From positions 3,488,001 to 3,552,000 of the forward strand of contig CBDEFM010000002.1 in the NCBI GenBank assembly GCA_965237415.1: a stretch of DNA of 64,000 nucleotides, in the 5' to 3' direction. Below, piece by piece: positions 38,523 to 48,949 of this stretch. The position numbers were made by a program, and so were the translations under genes. This DNA is from Alphaproteobacteria bacterium (GTDB taxonomy: Bacteria; Pseudomonadota; Alphaproteobacteria; UBA828). Below the pieces are notes generated by a model, which worked only from the letters and a program-made list of their open reading frames with translations, ran no database searches and was not told the DNA's origin. Position 1 is the first letter of the stretch, and each line of letters starts with the position of its first letter.

Positions 38523-39439
38523 GCGCCGCAGGCAAGCATGTCGCCGTGCTAAAGGGCGGCTGGTCCGCCGAGCGCGAGGTGTCGCTGGTGTCCGGTGACG
38601 CCGTGGAGCGTGCGCTTGCCGAGGGCGGCTATCGCGTGACTGGCATCGACGTAACCCGAGACCTGCCGGCAACCCTGGCCGAGGTCCGACCGGACGTTGT
38701 GTTCAATGCCCTGCACGGCTCCATCGGCGAGGACGGATGCGTCCAGGGGCTGCTCGAGGTCATGGGCCTGCCCTACTCCCATTCGGGCGTGCTCGCCTCT
38801 GCGCTGGCAATGGACAAGCCCGCGGCGAAGCAGCTCTTCGCCGATGCCGGGCTCGCCTGCCCCGAGGGCCGCGTGATGCGCCGCACCGAGATCGCCGCCG
38901 GCGCCGCCGGCGAGCCGCCCTACGTCATCAAGCCACTCGACCAGGGCTCCAGCGTGGGCGTCCAGCTCGTTTTCAGCGGCGACAACGCGGTGCTGCCCAA
39001 CGGCGATTGGCCCTTTGGCGATCAGGTGCTTGTCGAGCGCTACATCCCGGGGCGCGAGATCCAGGTAGCGGTGATGGGGGAGCGCGCGCTCGGCGCCATC
39101 GAGATCCGGCCGAAGGGGCGCTTCTACGACTACGAGGCCAAGTACACTGAGGGCCGCGCCGACCACCACATGCCAGCCCCGATCCATCCGGACGCCTATG
39201 CCGAAGCGCTGGAGATCGCGCTCAAAGCCCACCGGGCGCTCGGCTGCCGGGGCGTGAGCCGCGCCGATCTCCGCTACGACGACACGGCGGGCGAGCCGGG
39301 CCGCTTCTACTTGCTCGAAATCAATACCCAACCGGGCATGACGCCGCTCTCGCTCGTGCCCGAGATCGCCGCCGACGCGGGCATCAGCTTCGAGGAGCTC
39401 GTCCGCTGGCTCGTGGAGAACGCCGCATGCGACAGCTGA
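38519..39439 (+). CDS. ddl: D-Ala-D-Ala ligase
   Basis: GGWSAEREVSL, ALHG..GEDG, GSSVG, YDYEAKY, EINTQPGMT. Confidence 0.97.
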   Translation: MSAAGKHVAVLKGGWSAEREVSLVSGDAVERALAEGGYRVTGIDVTRDLPATLAEVRPDVVFNALHGSIGEDGCVQGLLEVMGLPYSHSGVLASALAMDKPAAKQLFADAGLACPEGRVMRRTEIAAGAAGEPPYVIKPLDQGSSVGVQLVFSGDNAVLPNGDWPFGDQVLVERYIPGREIQVAVMGERALGAIEIRPKGRFYDYEAKYTEGRADHHMPAPIHPDAYAEALEIALKAHRALGCRGVSRADLRYDDTAGEPGRFYLLEINTQPGMTPLSLVPEIAADAGISFEELVRWLVENAACDS

Positions 39440-40272
39440 GCCTCTTCGGCACACGGAAGGAGGCCGCGCGGCCGGCGCCGCGCCCGGGCGTGTCCCGCCT
39501 TGCCTCGCGGCGCGTGCTCAAGTGGGCGGCCATTGCGCTGACGGGCGGCGGGATCGTTGCTGCGGCGATCTGGGTCGTCCAGCCCGGCACGCTCAAGGGC
39601 GTGGGCGACGGCATCAGAGCGGGCTTCGTTTCGGCGACGGCAGACGCGGGCATGACGGTGCAGCGCATCCACACCGAGGGCCAGAACCAATCGTCGCCCG
39701 ACGCGATCCACGCTGCCGTGAGTATCGATTTCGGTACGCCCATCTTCGACGTGGATCTAGCCGCCGCGCGCGACCGTATTCAGGCCATCGGCTGGGTCGA
39801 GAGCGTGACCGTCGAACGCCATCTGCCGTCCACGATCCATGTGCGCATTGTCGAGCGCACGCCGGTAGCGCTGTGGCAGCGCAATCAACGATTGGTCATG
39901 GTCGACCGCGCCGGCGCGGAAATCGCCGCCGAATCAGTCGCTCAGTTTGCCCATTTGCCGATCATCGTGGGCGACGGTGCGCTCGACCACATGCCAACCC
40001 TGCTCGATGCGATGGCGACCAACCCGGCGCTGTCGGGGCGTGTGCAGGCGGCCATCTGGATCGGCGGGCGGCGCTGGACGCTCCATTTCGACAACGGCCT
40101 TGAGGCCAAGCTCCCCGAGATCGAGATCGGAGAAGCCTGGGCGCGCCTCGTCAGGGAGATCGGCGACCACCGCCTCCTCGACGAGCCGATCGCGGTCGTC
40201 GACCTGCGCCTCCCCGACCGGACGATTTTCCGCGCCCGGCCGCCCGAGCTGCCCGCCGACGACCGCACATGA
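39427..40272 (+). CDS. ftsQ: Cell division protein FtsQ
   Basis: One TM, POTRA domain (WVESVTVERHLP), ERTPVALWQ, RRW, DLRLPDR. Confidence 0.92.
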   Translation: MRQLSLFGTRKEAARPAPRPGVSRLASRRVLKWAAIALTGGGIVAAAIWVVQPGTLKGVGDGIRAGFVSATADAGMTVQRIHTEGQNQSSPDAIHAAVSIDFGTPIFDVDLAAARDRIQAIGWVESVTVERHLPSTIHVRIVERTPVALWQRNQRLVMVDRAGAEIAAESVAQFAHLPIIVGDGALDHMPTLLDAMATNPALSGRVQAAIWIGGRRWTLHFDNGLEAKLPEIEIGEAWARLVREIGDHRLLDEPIAVVDLRLPDRTIFRARPPELPADDRT

Positions 40273-40294
40273 AGAGACTGGGAGCTCTGACGCT

Positions 40295-41557
40295 GTGATC
40301 GCAGCCCTCGACATCGGCACGACCAAGGTGGCCTGCCTCGTCGCCCACCGCGACGCCGAAGGCACGCTCTCCGTCGTCGGCAGCGGTCAGGAGGTCGCCG
40401 CCGGCATGCACGCCGGCCGGGTCGTCGACATGGCCCAGGCGGAGGAGGCGATCCGTACCGCTGTCCACCGCGCTGAACGGATGGCTGGCGAGACCGTTCG
40501 CAGCGTCTTCGTCGGCACCTCGGGCGGCGCACCGAGCTCGAGTTTCGCCGATGTCGAGGTCGACGTCGGCGGCCGCGAGATCGCGGAGCGCCACATTCAG
40601 CGCGCGTTCGACCAGTTGCAGCTGTCGGACGACGGGCGCGAGCGCGACATCCTGCACGCCGTGCCCATCGACTACGCCCTCGACGGAGCGCCGGGCATCA
40701 GGGATCCGCGCGGCATGTACGGCGAGAGCCTCCAGGTTCGTCTGCATGTGGTGAGCGTTCCGAACGGTAGTTTGCGCAATCTGCTTACCTGCGTCTCCCA
40801 CTGCGATCTGCAGGTAGCTGTACCTGTGGCGGCCGCCTACGCCTCGGGCCTCGCATGCCTGGTCTCCGACGAGATCGATCTTGGGGCTACCTGCGTCGAC
40901 ATCGGCGGCGGCACGACCAAGCTCGCCATCTTCAGTGGCGGCAATCTGGTGTGGACGGAGACCCTCCCAATCGGCGGGGATCACGTCACCAATGACATCG
41001 CACAAGGACTGTCGACACCGATCGCGAGCGCGGAGCGCATGAAGCGCCTCCATGGGAGCCCGGCAGACGAGACGGCGGACGCAAACGAAACCATCGAGGT
41101 GCCGGAGATCGGGCCTGAGAACGGCCACTCCGGCGCTGCCCACCATGTGCCGCGCCCCATGCTCACGCGGATCGTGCGTGCCCGCCTCGAAGAGATCTTC
41201 GAGTTTGCCCGCGCCCGAATCGAAGCGAGCGGGCTCGACAGGTGGTCGGGAAACCGCGTCGTCATCAGCGGCGGCGCGAGCCAGACCTCTGACCTCGCCG
41301 ACCTCGCCGGCCGAATCCTCGACAAGCAGGTCCGGTTGGCCCGCCCACTCTCCCTGCCCGGTCTGGCGCAAGCCGTCTCAGGCCCCGAATTCGCGACCTG
41401 CGCCGGCCTGCTCGTCTATGCGGCGCGAAAGCACGCAGAGCCATGGGCCGTGCCTGCGCGCGACACCGCTGCCGGGCCCTTCACCAACACTCTCGCGCGC
41501 CTCGGCCGGTGGCTGAGGGGCAACCTCTGGGAACACACCGACCAACGAACACCGTAG
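40295..41557 (+). CDS. ftsA: Cell division protein FtsA (start uncertain)
   Basis: [31 protein letters not shown]-terminal amphipathic [10 protein letters not shown]. Confidence 0.95.
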   Translation: MIAALDIGTTKVACLVAHRDAEGTLSVVGSGQEVAAGMHAGRVVDMAQAEEAIRTAVHRAERMAGETVRSVFVGTSGGAPSSSFADVEVDVGGREIAERHIQRAFDQLQLSDDGRERDILHAVPIDYALDGAPGIRDPRGMYGESLQVRLHVVSVPNGSLRNLLTCVSHCDLQVAVPVAAAYASGLACLVSDEIDLGATCVDIGGGTTKLAIFSGGNLVWTETLPIGGDHVTNDIAQGLSTPIASAERMKRLHGSPADETADANETIEVPEIGPENGHSGAAHHVPRPMLTRIVRARLEEIFEFARARIEASGLDRWSGNRVVISGGASQTSDLADLAGRILDKQVRLARPLSLPGLAQAVSGPEFATCAGLLVYAARKHAEPWAVPARDTAAGPFTNTLARLGRWLRGNLWEHTDQRTP

Positions 41558-41568
41558 AGGAGGACACC

Positions 41569-43473
41569 ATGACCATCGATTTCATGCCGGAACGGCAACC
41601 GGAAAACAGACCACGTATCACGGTCTTCGGTGTCGGCGGTGCCGGCAGCAATGCCGTGAACAACATGATCGCCGGCGACCTGGAGGGCGTCGAGTTTGTC
41701 GTCGCCAATACCGACGCGCAGTCCCTCTTCCAGTCGATGTGCGAGCATCGGGTGCGCCTCGGTGCCAACATCACGCAAGGGCTGGGCGCCGGCGCCCGTG
41801 CCGACATCGGCAAAGTGGCCGCAGAAGAAGCCCTCGACGACATCCAGAGCTATCTCGAGGGGAACAACATGGTGTTCATTGCCGCGGGCATGGGCGGCGG
41901 CACGGGAACCGGCGCAGCGCCGGTGATCGCGCGTGCCGCGCGCGAGCACGGCATCCTGACGGTCGGCGTCGTCACCAAGCCGTTCCACTTCGAAGGATCC
42001 CAGCGCATGCGGATCGCGGAGCGCGGCATTCAGGAGCTCCACCAGTATGTGGACACGCTGATCGTCATCCCGAACCAGAACCTGTTCCGCGTGGCCAGCG
42101 AAGAGACCACCTTCGCAGACGCCTTCGGCATGGCTGACAACGTGCTGCACGCAGGCGTGCGCGGCGTGACCGATCTCATGGTCAACCCCGGCCTCATCAA
42201 CCTCGATTTCGCTGACGTCCGCACGGTGATGGGCACCATGGGCAAGGCGATGATGGGCACCGGGGAGGCCGAAGGCGAGAATCGCGCCACGGAAGCGGCC
42301 GAGGCGGCGATCAACAACCCGCTTCTCGACAATGCGTCGATCGAAGGGGCGCGCGGTGTTCTGATTAACGTGACCGGCGGCACCGACGTCACGCTTCACG
42401 AGGTGGACGCGGCGGCCTCGCGCATCTGCAAGCAGGTGGACGAGGAAGCCACCATCATCTTCGGCACCAGCCTCGATCAGAAGATGAACGGTCACATGCG
42501 CGTCGCCGTGATTGCCACCGGCATTGACTCGGATGAGGTTCGTGCACCGGTGCCCGAGTCTACCGACAATATCCATGTCCTCGGCTTTTCCGACCGTAAG
42601 GGGACGAGCAGCGGTGGCGGCGCAGTGTCGTCGGCAGAGCCTGAGAAGGAGGCAGTCGATTCGGTGGTGGCGCCGTCCTCCGCCGCCACCGAAACCGACG
42701 AGAACGATATCGTGATCCCTGTCGCAGAGGCAGTCGCCGAATCGGCCGCAGCCGTGGGCGGTGGCGGAACGCAGTCCGCTCCGGCGGTCTCCGCCACACC
42801 GCGTCCGGCCACGACTTCGCGTGCTCACGCCCCTGCGTCGCCTGAGCCGCGGGCAAAGCAGGAGCACAAGGCGGTGGCGGCAAGTGCATCCGGCGGCGTT
42901 GCCGCCCGGGCGACCGTTGCAAACGCCAAAGCGAAAGCCCAGCGGCCCGCAGCGCGGTTCGGTCCTCCCGCAGCCAAGGCGCCCGAAGCCAGGAGACCCG
43001 AAGCCCGGGCACCCGAAGCTAGGACGCCCGAGCGAAAGGTCGCCCCACCGATCGAGCGCCCGGCCCCTGCACCTCGCCGCGCGGACGCAAACGATGCGCC
43101 GTCGCCCGACAGACCCTCGCTCTTCGAGCGGATGACCGGCACCGGGCGGGCGCGTCGGAACGGTGCCGACGGCGACGGGCTTCCCGCCCGCAGGGATCCG
43201 CGCATGCCCACGTCGGCGGAGGCGAAGCCCAACGGTCAGCAGAGGAGCGGTCCGGAGGCGCGGCTTCGCACTGACTTGCCGCCGCGGACCACGACTGCGC
43301 CGATGCTGGGCAAGGATGTGCCCAAGATGACGGCATCGGCACCCGCGCCGGCACCGGCAACGGCGAAGCCGCCCGAGCTGTTCCATGACGGGCATTCGCA
43401 GTCTGCGAGAGCGCCTGGAAGTACGAATGACCCGCTCGATATACCGGCTTTTCTCCGTCGACAGGCCAACTGA
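41569..43473 (+). CDS. ftsZ: Cell division protein FtsZ with long C-terminal linker
   Basis: [28 protein letters not shown]-terminal [12 protein letters not shown]; GAGGAGG RBS. Confidence 0.98.
   Translation: MTIDFMPERQPENRPRITVFGVGGAGSNAVNNMIAGDLEGVEFVVANTDAQSLFQSMCEHRVRLGANITQGLGAGARADIGKVAAEEALDDIQSYLEGNNMVFIAAGMGGGTGTGAAPVIARAAREHGILTVGVVTKPFHFEGSQRMRIAERGIQELHQYVDTLIVIPNQNLFRVASEETTFADAFGMADNVLHAGVRGVTDLMVNPGLINLDFADVRTVMGTMGKAMMGTGEAEGENRATEAAEAAINNPLLDNASIEGARGVLINVTGGTDVTLHEVDAAASRICKQVDEEATIIFGTSLDQKMNGHMRVAVIATGIDSDEVRAPVPESTDNIHVLGFSDRKGTSSGGGAVSSAEPEKEAVDSVVAPSSAATETDENDIVIPVAEAVAESAAAVGGGGTQSAPAVSATPRPATTSRAHAPASPEPRAKQEHKAVAASASGGVAARATVANAKAKAQRPAARFGPPAAKAPEARRPEARAPEARTPERKVAPPIERPAPAPRRADANDAPSPDRPSLFERMTGTGRARRNGADGDGLPARRDPRMPTSAEAKPNGQQRSGPEARLRTDLPPRTTTAPMLGKDVPKMTASAPAPAPATAKPPELFHDGHSQSARAPGSTNDPLDIPAFLRRQAN
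42976..43035 (+). repeat. Four imperfect 15-bp repeats in the ftsZ linker
   Basis: Encodes [20 protein letters not shown]. Confidence 0.7.
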
Positions 43474-43487
43474 GCGCGAGAAAGGAC

Positions 43488-43514
43488 CGTAACAACTCGT
43501 AACAAACAGTGATT
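43488..43514 (+). promoter_or_regulatory. Phased direct repeat upstream of lpxC
   Basis: CGTAACAA at 43488 and 43498, degenerate third unit at 43508. Confidence 0.5.
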
Positions 43515-43687
43515 TGCGCGCTGGCGGCGCGTTTGCCAGGATCGTCTCCGATCTTGATCGCCGAATCCCTTCGCGGTTGGGTCGGGTTGCTCTGGCAAAC
43601 GTGCCGTCTGCCGCGGCACGCCCGGCAGGACGAAGGGGGCGGCGATATGGTGTGAATGGCCAGAGGGCGACCCGCGCCCATGAAACA

Positions 43688-44602
43688 ATGACTCCGCAGC
43701 AAACCCTCAAATCGGCCATTCATTGCGCCGGCATCGGCGTACACAGCAATCGCAAGGTGCGCATGGAGCTGCGCCCGGCGCCGCCGGGTACCGGCATCGT
43801 GTTTTGCCGCACCGACCAGCCGGCGGGCTCCTGTCGAACGATCGAGGCGGTCTACGGGAACGTCGTGGACGCGACTCTCTGCACGGCGATCGGCAACGGC
43901 AGGGTCTCGGTGCGGACGATCGAGCACCTCATGGCCGCATTTGCCGGTTGCGGAATCGACAATGCGGTGGTCGAGCTGGACAGCGAGGAGGTTCCCGCGA
44001 TGGACGGGAGCGCCGCGCCATTCGTCTTTCTCATCGAATGCGCCGGAGTCGTCGAGCAATGCGCCCCCCGGCGCATGATCGAGGTGCTGAAGCCGGTCAG
44101 GCTCGGCGACGAGAACCGGCATATCAGCGTCACCCCGGCAGAGAGGTTTTCCATTCGCTGCGAAATCGACTTCGATCATCCTGCTCTAGGGTATCAGTCG
44201 GTCGTTTTCGATCCGCTCTGCTCCAGCTTCCGCGCCGAGATTGCGCGGGCGCGAACCTTCTGCAGGGAATCGGATGTGGAGAGCATCCTGGCTGCCGGCA
44301 TGGGCCGCGGCGGGTCTCTGGAGAATACCGTGGTCATCGGTGAGGACGGCCCTCTCAACGAGGGCGGTCTGCGCTATGCCGACGAGTGCGCGCGGCACAA
44401 GGCGCTCGACTGCTTCGGCGACCTCTACCTTGCCGGTGCGCCGATAATCGGTCACGTCCGCTGCCTGCGCTCCGGCCACGGCATGAACCACGCGCTCCTC
44501 TCCGCCCTGTTGGAGGATCCCGATGCGTGGCGGTTCACCGGAGCGGAGCACGATGCGGGCTTTGGTGAGCCGGACCGCGAACCGGTTGCCGCCATCGCGT
44601 AA
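43688..44602 (+). CDS. lpxC: UDP-3-O-acyl-GlcNAc deacetylase
   Basis: QQTLK..GIGVHS, TIEHLMAA, EVPAMDGSA, ARTF, HKALD, SGH. Confidence 0.96.
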   Translation: MTPQQTLKSAIHCAGIGVHSNRKVRMELRPAPPGTGIVFCRTDQPAGSCRTIEAVYGNVVDATLCTAIGNGRVSVRTIEHLMAAFAGCGIDNAVVELDSEEVPAMDGSAAPFVFLIECAGVVEQCAPRRMIEVLKPVRLGDENRHISVTPAERFSIRCEIDFDHPALGYQSVVFDPLCSSFRAEIARARTFCRESDVESILAAGMGRGGSLENTVVIGEDGPLNEGGLRYADECARHKALDCFGDLYLAGAPIIGHVRCLRSGHGMNHALLSALLEDPDAWRFTGAEHDAGFGEPDREPVAAIA

Positions 44603-44770
44603 TCCGACGCCGCTGAACGGCGGTGCTGCGCGTCTGACTCCCAGTCCCCAAGGTTCGAGAGCGGTGAGCGTTGCCGACGCGTGCCGCCTACGCCGCGCGG
44701 ACCGGTCTGTCCCGCACACTCCGCCGGCGCCCGACATAGACCCCCGATCAACCGCGATGAGAACAGAACG

Positions 44771-45793
44771 GTGAAGGCCTGGGAGCTCGGCACGCAGCAA
44801 GGCAGCGTCGACAGCCTGCGGATCGTCGAACGACCCGATCCCGTGCCGGCAGCAGGCGAGGCCGTGGTCAGAATGCGGGCCAGCTCGCTCAACTATCGGG
44901 ATCACATGATTCTCAACCTGATCGACAGTGCGCCCAAGCCGGCCAATAGGATTCCCCTGAGCGACGGTGCCGGCGAGGTCGTGGCGGTGGGCGACGGTGT
45001 GGACTCGGTCAAGCCCGGCGACCGGGTGATGGTGAGCTTTTTCACCGGCTGGCTCGATGGCCCGCTCCAACCCTCTCATTTCGGCACCGACCTCGGCGGC
45101 GGTTGCGACGGGACCCTGGTGGAGCTTGCTGCCTTCCCGGCATCGTCGCTCGTCGCAATCCCCGATTCACTGAGCGACGAAGAGGCCGCCTGCCTACCCT
45201 GCGCCGCGCTCACCGCCTGGGTCTCGCTGGTCGAGTTCGGGCAGATGAAGGCGGGCGACACGGTGCTGTTGCTCGGCACGGGCGGTGTGTCCATCTTCGG
45301 TCTTCAATTCGCGCAGATGATGGGGGCCGACGCGGTCATCACCTCCTCGAGCGACGAGAAGCTCGCCCGCGCCCACGCGCTGGGCGCCGCCCAAGGCATC
45401 AACTACACGCGCGATCCGGCCTGGGGAAGGACCGTCGCCGAGTTGACCGGCGGCGCCGATCTCATCATCGAGACCGGCGGCGCCGCCACCCTCGCGCAGA
45501 GCATCGAGGTCGCCGCCTTCCACGCGCGCATTGCGCTGATCGGCATGCTGGGCGGAGTCGGCATCCAGAACGACCCGCTCGCGCTAATCTGGAAGAACGT
45601 CCATCTCAAGGGCGTCCTGGTGGGCAGCCGGCGCGCCCTCGAAGAAATGACGAAGGCGATCGACCGTAACGGGCTCAAGCCGGTCATCGACCGGCGCTTC
45701 CCATTCGTCGAGGCGCCGGACGCCTATCGCCACCTCGCCTCCGGCGCGCATTTCGGGAAGGTCGTGATCTCCCACGACGACGCGACGGCGTAA
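44771..45793 (+). CDS. Medium-chain (MDR) NAD(P)-dependent oxidoreductase
   Basis: SLNYRD, PLSDGAG, LPCAALTAW, GTGGVS, HFGKVVI. Confidence 0.9.
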   Translation: MKAWELGTQQGSVDSLRIVERPDPVPAAGEAVVRMRASSLNYRDHMILNLIDSAPKPANRIPLSDGAGEVVAVGDGVDSVKPGDRVMVSFFTGWLDGPLQPSHFGTDLGGGCDGTLVELAAFPASSLVAIPDSLSDEEAACLPCAALTAWVSLVEFGQMKAGDTVLLLGTGGVSIFGLQFAQMMGADAVITSSSDEKLARAHALGAAQGINYTRDPAWGRTVAELTGGADLIIETGGAATLAQSIEVAAFHARIALIGMLGGVGIQNDPLALIWKNVHLKGVLVGSRRALEEMTKAIDRNGLKPVIDRRFPFVEAPDAYRHLASGAHFGKVVISHDDATA

Positions 45794-45806
45794 TCCCAGC
45801 GCCCCG

Positions 45807-46253
45807 TCAGTAGGTGTTCAGCTTTTCGAGGTTGGTCTTCCGCAGCTCATCCTCGGTCAGGCCGAGATCGTAGGCGGGCGAGAGGATCATCTCGGCCGCC
45901 GCTACCGCAATCCGCACATAGGCGCTCATGCGGGGCCGGTACGGACCCCACGCGGCATCGAAGGCGTCATGGAGAGCGGCATCGGCGTCGCCCTGGCGAA
46001 CGATCGTGGCCATGCCTGTGACCCGCACGGCCCTGCGGGTGACGACGTCGGTGAAGCAGACCTCGATTGCGGGATTGCGACGCAGGTTCGCGACCGTCCC
46101 CGGCGAGCGGATATGGCCGAAGGCGAGGGTTCGGTTGTCAAGAATCACGAATGTCGCCTTGGGCGAGACCGACGGCGTGCCGTCGGCGTTCACGGTCGCA
46201 ACGGCGCCGGCGGAAAACCGTCCAATCAGCGTCTGCATCTCCTCGGTCAGCAT
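45807..46253 (-). CDS. Pyridoxamine 5'-phosphate oxidase-like FMN-binding protein
   Basis: VATVNADGTPSVSPK, IRSPGTVANLRRNP, SPAYD. Confidence 0.85.
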   Translation of the reverse strand: MLTEEMQTLIGRFSAGAVATVNADGTPSVSPKATFVILDNRTLAFGHIRSPGTVANLRRNPAIEVCFTDVVTRRAVRVTGMATIVRQGDADAALHDAFDAAWGPYRPRMSAYVRIAVAAAEMILSPAYDLGLTEDELRKTNLEKLNTY

Positions 46254-46281
46254 CGGGCCCTCTCCGAAGGCGCAATTCGAA

Positions 46282-46749
46282 TTAGGGGTTCGGCCCCCAG
46301 TCGGGGTCGTCGCTCGGCGCGGCCGGGATCTCGCCCGCGAGCAGGCCCTTGCCCGGGATGTGGTTGATCTCCAGGCGAATACCGTCCGGATCCTCGAAGA
46401 CCACGAAATAGTAGCCGGGCGCCCATTCCCGCTCCATCGGCCCGCGATCGATCTTCGCGCCCATCTCGCGCAACTTCGCTGCCGCCTTGTCCACGTCCTC
46501 GCGCGAGCGTGCGCGCAGGCAAAGGTGATGCAGCCCAACGCGGCTCTGCACGAAGCGCTCGCCTTCATAAGCCGGTGCCGCACGCTGAATGCCGAGCGCC
46601 GTACGCCCGCCCACGTGATAGACGAAGTTGTTGCCGTCGAAGACCTTGTGCATGCCGAGGAAGGGCAGCAGCTCGCAATAGAACGCCCGCGCTTCGTCGA
46701 AGCGGCTCACGGTCAGGACGACGTGCGCCATGCCGTTGATCTCGATCAT
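46282..46749 (-). CDS. VOC / glyoxalase family protein
   Basis: AHVVLTV...FY, GLHHLCLRA, FEDPDGIRLE. Confidence 0.88.
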   Translation of the reverse strand: MIEINGMAHVVLTVSRFDEARAFYCELLPFLGMHKVFDGNNFVYHVGGRTALGIQRAAPAYEGERFVQSRVGLHHLCLRARSREDVDKAAAKLREMGAKIDRGPMEREWAPGYYFVVFEDPDGIRLEINHIPGKGLLAGEIPAAPSDDPDWGPNP

Positions 46750-46786
46750 GGGGCTTCTCTCAATCGCCGAGCACCGTGTTATCTGG

Positions 46787-47914
46787 TCAGGCCGCCTTCG
46801 AGCCCTGCGGCGCACCGTCGCCGAGGCGGTTGAAGACGGCGAGCGATTCCTCGATCAGCGCCCGCTCCAGCCCGCGCACAATGAAGACGACGCGGGATTG
46901 GCGGCTTTCGTCCGGCCAGGCGTCGAGGTGAATCGGTGGATGAATGATGTGTTGCACGCCGTTGATGACGACCGGCGTATCGGCGCCCTCGACATTAAGC
47001 AGCCCCTTGACCCGCAGGATGTGCTCGCCGTGGGTGTGTAGCAGCATGGTGAGCCAGATGCCGAAGACGGTCCAATCAATCGGCTCGTCATGGATCAGGC
47101 AGAAGGCGTGGATGCTGGCGTCGTGCCGGTTGACGTCGTGGCCATGCCCTGTATGCGCATGGGATGCAGCCGCCTCCGCCTCGATCCAGCGCAGCACCTC
47201 CCCACCCTTGGCGGCGGCATCGTAGACGTCGGCGCGGAGAACGCGCTCCACGTCGACCGCGCCGTGCTGGCCGATCAGGAACTCGGCGGAGGGGTTGATC
47301 TGCTCCAGGCGATGTCTCAGCGCTTCCGCCGCCTCCGGCTCCGCGATATCGGTCTTGGTCAGCACGATGCGGTCCGCCACCGCCGCCTGCTTGCGCGGTT
47401 CCTCCTGGCGCTCAAGCTGGTCGAGACCGTTCACGGCATCGACCGTGGTGATGATCGTGCCGAGCCGATAGTGGTGGCGGATCGACACGTCGTTCATGAG
47501 CGTCGCCAGGATGGGCGCGGGATCGGCAAGGCCCGTGGTCTCGACGATCACGCGGCGATAGGGCGGCACGATGCCTCTGGCCCGCTTGTCGTGGACCTCC
47601 ATGATCGCCTGCTTGAGGTCGTCGCGGATCGTGCAGCAGAGACAGCCGCTTGAAAGCAGGACCGTGCTCTCGTCTACCGCTTCGACGAGCTGATGGTCGA
47701 TGCCGACCTCGCCGAACTCGTTGATGAGGACTGCCGCATCGCCGAGCGCGGGGTGCTTCAGCAGGCGGTTGAGCAGCGTCGTCTTGCCGCTGCCCAGGAA
47801 ACCCGTCAGCACGATGATCGGCGTCAGCTCACTATAGGCGCTCAGCGCAATGACTCCTGCATCGCATTCGCTCCGGGGCCTGGGCGACAGGCGGGCGTTG
47901 GGGCAGGTTGGCAC
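46787..47914 (-). CDS. COG0523/CobW family metallochaperone GTPase (start uncertain, possibly CTG at 47845)
   Basis: [28 protein letters not shown], His-rich patch, LRVKG. Confidence 0.92.
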   Translation of the reverse strand: MPTCPNARLSPRPRSECDAGVIALSAYSELTPIIVLTGFLGSGKTTLLNRLLKHPALGDAAVLINEFGEVGIDHQLVEAVDESTVLLSSGCLCCTIRDDLKQAIMEVHDKRARGIVPPYRRVIVETTGLADPAPILATLMNDVSIRHHYRLGTIITTVDAVNGLDQLERQEEPRKQAAVADRIVLTKTDIAEPEAAEALRHRLEQINPSAEFLIGQHGAVDVERVLRADVYDAAAKGGEVLRWIEAEAAASHAHTGHGHDVNRHDASIHAFCLIHDEPIDWTVFGIWLTMLLHTHGEHILRVKGLLNVEGADTPVVINGVQHIIHPPIHLDAWPDESRQSRVVFIVRGLERALIEESLAVFNRLGDGAPQGSKAA

Positions 47915-47929
47915 CTACCTCGGAGGCGT

Positions 47930-48823
47930 TCAGGCCGCATCCTCGGCCGCAATGCTGCCCTTGCGTCGATGGTGCTTCGCCTCCTCGGCAACCGCCGATG
48001 CATCCGCGTCGTAGACGAGCCGGTCAGCGCCCGCGAGCGTGATGAAGCGCTTGCCGCGCGCGCGCCCGATCAGCGTAAGCCCGGCCTGACGGGCGAGCTC
48101 GACACCCCAGGCGGTAAAGCCCGAGCGCGAGATCAGGATCGGTATGCCCATCGTCACGGTCTTGATCACCATCTCGCTAGTGAGCCGCCCGGTGGTGTAC
48201 ATGATCTTGCCGGAGGCACCGATGCCGTGGCGGAACATGTAGCCCGCAATCTTGTCGATGGCGTTGTGCCGCCCGACATCCTCCATGTAGACGAGGGGCC
48301 GCGCCTCCTCGCACAGCACGCAGCCGTGGATTGCGCCGGCCGCGAGGTAGAGGCTCGGCTGCATGTTGATCGCCCGGCTCAGTGCATAGAGCGACGAGGT
48401 CTTGAGGCGGGCCTCCGGGTCCAGCACCGTCGCCTCGAAGCGCTCCATCAGGTCGCCGAACACGGTGCCCTGGGCGCAGCCGGAGGTGAGGGTCTTCTTG
48501 CGGAGCGTCGCCTCGTAATCGGTCGCGCGCCTGGTGCGGACGACGACCGTCTCGATGTCCTCGTCGTAGTCGACGGCCGTCACCTCGTCGTCCTGGCGCA
48601 GCATGTTCTGGTTGAGCAGGTAGCCGAGCGCCAGGTAGTCCGGGTAGTCGCGGATCGTCATCACCGTGACGATCTCCTGCGAATTGAGGAAGAGCGTCAG
48701 CGGGCGTTCCTCGACGACGCGAGCCTCGATCGCCGCGCCATCCTGATCCACGCCGCCCAAGAGGCGGGTGAGGCGCCCATCCTCTGGGTCCGGCTTGACG
48801 ATGAATCGACGCTCATTGTCCAT
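47930..48823 (-). CDS. fdhD: Formate dehydrogenase accessory sulfurtransferase
   Basis: [41 protein letters not shown]. Confidence 0.92.
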   Translation of the reverse strand: MDNERRFIVKPDPEDGRLTRLLGGVDQDGAAIEARVVEERPLTLFLNSQEIVTVMTIRDYPDYLALGYLLNQNMLRQDDEVTAVDYDEDIETVVVRTRRATDYEATLRKKTLTSGCAQGTVFGDLMERFEATVLDPEARLKTSSLYALSRAINMQPSLYLAAGAIHGCVLCEEARPLVYMEDVGRHNAIDKIAGYMFRHGIGASGKIMYTTGRLTSEMVIKTVTMGIPILISRSGFTAWGVELARQAGLTLIGRARGKRFITLAGADRLVYDADASAVAEEAKHHRRKGSIAAEDAA

Positions 48824-48949
48824 GACGCGCAGGGTGCCACGCTCTCGCACCGGGTTCCAGAACTCCTCGATTGCCATTCGCGGCAGTTGGCTCCCGTTCC
48901 CGACGGCGCTCTGCGATACTATCGAAGGAAGCGCTGGAGTCGCCGACTC

